Part shown: positions 59,319 to 64,000 of the stretch, in pieces
How positions within the stretch are numbered: the first letter of the stretch is position 1
Layout: each line of letters opens with the position of its first letter
Assembly: GCA_046760105.1 (NCBI GenBank)
Contig: JBHIDJ010000006.1
Coordinates: 3,197-67,196 of the forward strand
Direction of reading: 5' to 3'
DNA length: 64,000 nucleotides
Origin: Acidiferrobacterales bacterium
GTDB taxonomy: Bacteria; Pseudomonadota; Gammaproteobacteria; Acidiferrobacterales; SPGG2
The notes under the pieces: generated by a model
Seen by the model: the letters and a program-made list of their open reading frames with translations, nothing else
What the model was told of the DNA's origin: nothing
Database searches by the model: none
Translations under genes and position numbers: made by a program

Positions 59319-61336
59319 AGCACTGGCGGGTACAACAACCTGGCGAGCATGCCGTGGCAACCCTGGATGTCGCCGGCGCATCGGCCAACATCCTCACCCA
59401 TGAAGTGCTGCATGAGTTCGATGAAGTCATCACCGAGCTCGAAAAACAACCGCCGACGGGGCTCATCATCTGCTCGGGGAAAACCACGGGCTTTATCGTC
59501 GGCGCCGACGTGCGCGAGTTCGAAAACATCAATGACTCGGCACGTGCCGCCGAGCTCGCGCGTGCTGGGCAACACGTGCTCAATCGGTTGGCGCAGCTTC
59601 CATTTCCCACGACCGTGGTCATTAGCGGAAACTGCCTGGGCGGTGGACTGGAGCTGGCGCTCGCGTGCACCTACCGTGTGGCGTGCGATGACGCAGGCAC
59701 GCGCTTGGGGCTACCGGAGGTGCGACTAGGCATCCACCCGGGGTTTGCCGGCACCGTACGGCTACCGGCGTTGATCGGCCCATTGCCTGCTTTGGACCTG
59801 ATGTTGACCGGGCGCAGTGTGAGTGCCAGGCAGGCACACAAACTGGGGTTGGTGGATGACGTGGTGCCCGAGCGGCATTTGTTGGATGCAGCGGTCGCGT
59901 GTTTGGCAAAACGGCGGCCAACGCGAAAGTCGCGTTGGTCCAAGCGTCTACCGGGATGGTGGCCGATACGATCGGTGGTCTACCGCCGGGTGCTGCGACA
60001 GCTGCAAAAGAAAGTGAATCCCGACCACTACCCCGCCCCCTACCGCATCGTAGAATTGCGCAAGAGCCGCGGCACACAGGAGCAAGAAGCGATTTCCCTT
60101 GGCGAGTTGTTAGTCGGCCGTACCAGCCGCAACTTAGTGCACGTTTTTCTGCTGGGAGAAGAGCTCAAGCGCCAAGGGCGCGCACATCGACATGACGTCA
60201 AACATGTGCACGTGATCGGGGCGGGGGTAATGGGGGGCGATATCGCGGCCTGGTCTGCATATAAGGGTTTTAGCGTCAGCCTCCAGGACCAGAACGCGGA
60301 AATCGTTGCCCGCGCCATAGAGCGTGCTGCCGAATTCTTTCAGAAGCGGCTCCGGGAGCCGCGTGCTGTCCAGCAGGCGTTGGACCGGCTGATGCCGGAT
60401 ATCGCGGGCGATGGCCTGCGACACGCTGATCTCGTGATCGAAGCGATCATCGAGGACGCCAGCGCTAAGCAGCAGCTATTTCGGCGGGTAGAGCAAATCG
60501 CCCCCAGGGAGGCTGTGCTTACGTCCAACACCTCTAGTATTCCCTTGGAGGCACTGTCATCGGCGCTGCATGACCCCATGCGTTTCGTGGGGCTGCACTA
60601 CTTCAACCCCGTCGCGAAGATGCAGCTGGTCGAGGTGGTGCGCGGGGGGAAGACATCGGAGCTGGCGTTAAACCGTGCGCGCGCCTTTACCGTTGCGATC
60701 GACAAGCTGCCGCTCGTCGTCAGCAGCAGTCCCGGGTTTTTGGTGAATCGCATCTTGACACCGTATCTGATGGAGGCCATGAAGATGGTGGAAGAGGAGG
60801 TTCCGATAGCGGCGATCGATCGCGCGGCGACGGAATTCGGAATGCCGGTGGGTCCTATTGAACTTGCAGATACAGTGGGGTTGGACATCTGCCTGTCGGT
60901 GGCGGAAGAACTGGCAGAACCCTTGGGGGTGACGGTGCCCGACAAGCTGCGCACCATGGTTGAACGGGGGCTTCTCGGCAAGAAGAGCGGGCGTGGTTTC
61001 TACAAGTACGACGCGAAGGGGAGACCGAAGGCGCGCACTAGCGGCAAACCCAGCGATGTGCCCGTCACTGAGCGACTGGTGCTGCGTATATTAAACGAGG
61101 CAATGGCCTGTCTGCGGCAGGGGGTCGTGGAGAACGCCGATGCGATCGATGCGGGGATGGTCTATGGCACAGGCTTCGCGCCCTATCTCGGCGGGCCCTT
61201 GCGGTACGTGGAGAGCTTGGGGGAGAACGGCATCAGCCATAGTCTGTACCGGCTGTCTGAAGAGTACGGTGAGCGATTCATTCCCGATCCCGGTTGGTCG
61301 CAACCCAGCCTGTTAGCGCGGTCAGTGGGCGACTAA
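59315..61336 (+). CDS. fatty-acid oxidation complex alpha subunit (enoyl-CoA hydratase / 3-hydroxyacyl-CoA dehydrogenase, FadB/FadJ-like)
   Basis: Crotonase part GFIVGADVREF and GNCLGGGLELALAC. NAD-binding HVHVIGAGVMGGDIA. The thiolase-first order resembles fadIJ. The start overlaps the thiolase stop. Confidence 0.92.
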   Translation: MKHWRVQQPGEHAVATLDVAGASANILTHEVLHEFDEVITELEKQPPTGLIICSGKTTGFIVGADVREFENINDSARAAELARAGQHVLNRLAQLPFPTTVVISGNCLGGGLELALACTYRVACDDAGTRLGLPEVRLGIHPGFAGTVRLPALIGPLPALDLMLTGRSVSARQAHKLGLVDDVVPERHLLDAAVACLAKRRPTRKSRWSKRLPGWWPIRSVVYRRVLRQLQKKVNPDHYPAPYRIVELRKSRGTQEQEAISLGELLVGRTSRNLVHVFLLGEELKRQGRAHRHDVKHVHVIGAGVMGGDIAAWSAYKGFSVSLQDQNAEIVARAIERAAEFFQKRLREPRAVQQALDRLMPDIAGDGLRHADLVIEAIIEDASAKQQLFRRVEQIAPREAVLTSNTSSIPLEALSSALHDPMRFVGLHYFNPVAKMQLVEVVRGGKTSELALNRARAFTVAIDKLPLVVSSSPGFLVNRILTPYLMEAMKMVEEEVPIAAIDRAATEFGMPVGPIELADTVGLDICLSVAEELAEPLGVTVPDKLRTMVERGLLGKKSGRGFYKYDAKGRPKARTSGKPSDVPVTERLVLRILNEAMACLRQGVVENADAIDAGMVYGTGFAPYLGGPLRYVESLGENGISHSLYRLSEEYGERFIPDPGWSQPSLLARSVGD

Positions 61337-61347
61337 CGGCGGTGTAA

Positions 61348-61725
61348 TCACAGGTATTTGATCGCAAAGTAATTTATGACCAGGTGCATGGTGTTGTCGG
61401 TAATAATAACAAGCCATACTGCCAACCATGGCGGTGTGGTCTCGGCATAGCCGGTATAGGTGACATAGTCTCGCCAGCGTTTTGGATCGCCCGCCATGTT
61501 CTTGACCATCGCCATATAATGCGCGAGACGATAGCGGTCGATTACGGCATGCGTGCCGCAGATTACCGCAAGCGCCCACGGCGACAGCGTAATGAACATA
61601 AACGGCAGCGTATAGGTGACGGCATGCAACAGCGCGATTGGCCAGGACCGGATCTTATGTTCGGCCATGTGGCTCGTCTGCAGGATGTAATCCCCAACGA
61701 GGTGTGCCAGCAACTGCTCCATCAT
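61348..61725 (-). CDS. DUF3307 family membrane protein
   Basis: MMEQLLAHLVGDYILQTSHMAEHK N-terminus and multi-TM body, consistent with DUF3307. Confidence 0.65.
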   Translation of the reverse strand: MMEQLLAHLVGDYILQTSHMAEHKIRSWPIALLHAVTYTLPFMFITLSPWALAVICGTHAVIDRYRLAHYMAMVKNMAGDPKRWRDYVTYTGYAETTPPWLAVWLVIITDNTMHLVINYFAIKYL

Positions 61726-61957
61726 TTTTAGTTATCGAAGGTGACGCGCGGCTTCCGAGCTGGCGCGCGCTGCGATCAAGCTTTAAGTATGGCCTAGAAT
61801 GCGCGTATGCGGTAGTTATCGCGGCGCTGCGGTGAGCACCGTTAGCGTGGCGACAGCGTCCATCGACCGCTTGGCGCATCGACCCGAGGAGACTGATCGT
61901 TTACGGCACCCGCCGAGCCCATGCCACAAACGCGGCTAGAGTCAGGCAAACAGGCCG

Positions 61958-63424
61958 CTAGCGAACGATCTTAAGTTTCTGGCCGGGAGCAAGCTCGCCG
62001 CTGGGATATCGGTCATTAATGAGACGCAAGACCCTCGCTGGATAGTTGGGAATAGGTGAGTCCGTCGCGAGCTGGGCAAACGAGTTACCGGGCTTGGCCT
62101 GCACGATTTGGATTCGCAGCCCCTCGGCGAGCTTGTGTTCGGTGGCGGTTAGCGCATGCAAGCTCCGGGCGGTGTTCAGGAATAGCGGATCGGCTGACGC
62201 AAACGCCCTGTCTGTTTTCCCGGCGCCCAGGAATATATAGGCCTTGTCTCGGAAGTAAATCACACTTACTCGGGTATCGTGGCGACCGAAAGGCCATAAC
62301 AATCGACTCACCGCAGTGTAGGCCTCCAACGCCGTGCCGCTAAGCTCCTGCCCGCGCGCAAGCTTCTTGAGCTTCAGACGTTGGACCATAAATTCGCGCG
62401 GGGAAATGCGCCGGTTAAGATCTTCGGCCATTATCTTCAGGACTGCATTGTTGTCGCGACTGCTAGCCTCAATCTCCTGCGGCCGGTTTTCTATGCGCCA
62501 ATTCTCCGGGAACTCCAGTGCGAAGCCGAGATCCTTGTGATAGAAATTGCGCCCGTAGCGCACCCCTTGTTTCACGCTGTCGCCGAACACCATACCGTCA
62601 AGCAGTGTTAAGAATTCATCGCGTCCCGTGTGGGGGTTGGCCACTTTATGCTTATCCGCTTCCGCTACTACCTCTTGCAGACGTTGGTCCGCACTTGGAT
62701 GAGAGGCGAATACGCCATGATAGACACGTGCCTCGCGTCCCTCGGCCTTGGCGCGCTCTTTCTCGAACTCCTCCTGGTTTTTTAGGATCTCGAGCACATC
62801 GAGCACGGCCCGCGGCTCGTAGCCCGAGAGCGCCAGATATTGCGCGCCTAGTCGATCGGCCTCAAGCTCATGTTTGCGGCCGTAACCGCGGATTATCGCA
62901 GTCCCGAAAAGGTTAAACAGGTTTGCCGCCCCCTGAGTCGCGAGTTCGGGAATGAAGATGGCACCGATGGTGTAGCCGATACGCGCCGCCGTGCTGGCTG
63001 TGTATTGCCGTACGGCATGGCGTGCCGTGACATGACCGATCTCATGACCAAGCACCGCCGCCAGCTCGGCCTCCGAGTTTAAATAGCTCAGCAGCCCACG
63101 GGTGATATAGATATAGCCGCCCGGCAGCGCAAAGGCGTTCACCTCCGGGCTGTCGAGCACGGTAAAACGGTAGAACAATGCTGGTCGGTGGCTCAGGCCC
63201 GCGAGCTTCTCGCCGACGCGTCGGACATAATCCTGTAACTCGGAATCGTCGTAGACACCGTATTGCTTCCGGATCTTGGGGTCATACTGGCGACCGATCT
63301 CTATTTCTCGGTCTTCGGACATAAGCGCAGGTTGCTTCTTTCCCGTGACTGGGTTCTTCGCGCAAGCGTAGAACCACAAGGGCGTTGTCAACACCACCAA
63401 GATCAATACAGCGCGTCGGACCAT
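61958..63424 (-). CDS. M48-family metalloprotease lipoprotein with C-terminal LysM-like domain
   Basis: Lipobox LWFYAC, HEIGHVTARH (HExxH), and C-terminal IQIVQAKPGNSFAQLA...LAPGQKLKIV (LysM-like). Start set to ATG 63424. Confidence 0.85.
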   Translation of the reverse strand: MVRRAVLILVVLTTPLWFYACAKNPVTGKKQPALMSEDREIEIGRQYDPKIRKQYGVYDDSELQDYVRRVGEKLAGLSHRPALFYRFTVLDSPEVNAFALPGGYIYITRGLLSYLNSEAELAAVLGHEIGHVTARHAVRQYTASTAARIGYTIGAIFIPELATQGAANLFNLFGTAIIRGYGRKHELEADRLGAQYLALSGYEPRAVLDVLEILKNQEEFEKERAKAEGREARVYHGVFASHPSADQRLQEVVAEADKHKVANPHTGRDEFLTLLDGMVFGDSVKQGVRYGRNFYHKDLGFALEFPENWRIENRPQEIEASSRDNNAVLKIMAEDLNRRISPREFMVQRLKLKKLARGQELSGTALEAYTAVSRLLWPFGRHDTRVSVIYFRDKAYIFLGAGKTDRAFASADPLFLNTARSLHALTATEHKLAEGLRIQIVQAKPGNSFAQLATDSPIPNYPARVLRLINDRYPSGELAPGQKLKIVR

Positions 63425-63458
63425 GACAACTTGCCTTTTTACAAAGCTTTTGGACGCT

Positions 63459-64000
63459 TCAGTTAAGTAATTTGAGCATAGCAGGATGGCGCACCCGAAT
63501 CTGTAAGCCATCGTCGTGCCGTCTTACCCAGCCGCGCACGCTAACCTGTTTTCCTACGAAGTCCTCGGGCCGGCCTTTGAAATAGCTCCAGTCTTTGCGT
63601 GGCACCATCAGCGTTAACGCACCCGATAGCCGGAGATAGATGTAGTTCCGACTACGTGAAATATTTCTAACTTGGGCGACCACCAGGCGAAAGCCGGTGT
63701 GCTTGGACTGCACGTGTTTGGCATCTATGGGCTCATAGTAGGGATGTGCCCACACCCCGATCCTATGGGCGCGCGCCACCCGCTCCGCCTTCTGGTAAGC
63801 GTCTAACCGGCTTAGATTCGGCGGAATTGCAATTACCACCGCCAGACCACGCGCCAGCAGCTCTTGCTGCGCGCTGCGGCCGTCGGCGAGCCACACGTGC
63901 GCGAGCAGCCGGCCATAGCGATCTTGCGGGGCACGCCCGATGACAAGCCTTACGGTTTGACCGCCGACCAGTTGCTCGAGCCCGCGGCGAGCCGCCTGCG
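63459..64000 (-). CDS. thermonuclease (SNase-like) family protein, 5'-truncated by window edge
   Basis: The frame stays open past the track start: ...VRLVIGRAPQDRYGRLLAHVWLADGRSAQQELLARGLA, typical of the staphylococcal-nuclease fold. It runs off the window end. Confidence 0.8.
   Translation of the reverse strand, partial: QAARRGLEQLVGGQTVRLVIGRAPQDRYGRLLAHVWLADGRSAQQELLARGLAVVIAIPPNLSRLDAYQKAERVARAHRIGVWAHPYYEPIDAKHVQSKHTGFRLVVAQVRNISRSRNYIYLRLSGALTLMVPRKDWSYFKGRPEDFVGKQVSVRGWVRRHDDGLQIRVRHPAMLKLLN

Overview
High-GC gammaproteobacterial chromosome segment around the replication origin, with Pseudomonas-like synteny. Gene order: pip-apaH-apaG; gyrB-recF-dnaN-dnaA (minus strand); rpmH-rnpA-yidD-yidC-mnmE; a MoxR/DUF58/TgpA operon; mnmG; a two-gene insert; rsmG-parA-parB; the complete atpIBEFHAGDC operon; glmU-glmS. 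Next comes a visibly lower-GC islet holding a 1239-aa membrane-anchored repeat protein and a small-enzyme operon. The rest is uvrD, a GGDEF cyclase, HDAC-like and LOG genes, polA, engB, cytochrome c4, hemL-thiE-thiD, rubredoxin, a membrane-tethered degenerate NtrC-like regulator, a thiolase/hydroxyacyl-CoA dehydrogenase pair, DUF3307, an M48 protease and a partial thermonuclease. I saw no rRNA, tRNA, CRISPR array, IS element or phage genes. Signals the gene list does not explain: (1) five intergenic elements built from tandem 7-nt units that switch to their reverse complement mid-array. They fall into two word families (TCGTGAA/..ACGA and GCAAGTA/CTTGCTA) and fill stop-to-start spacers in glmU-glmS, atpG-atpD and atpD-atpC and at two convergent gene ends. 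(2) A structured candidate sRNA with a sigmaE/AlgU-type promoter in the polA-engB spacer, the Spot42/ErsA position. (3) A near-perfect sigma-54 promoter driving an orphan 78-aa ORF with its own terminator. (4) A 7TM-GAF regulator whose receiver-like and AAA+ modules are degenerate, next to a 730-bp spacer. (5) The giant AsmA/TamB-like repeat protein directly downstream of glmS. All functional calls rest on motif recognition by eye; no database search was possible.
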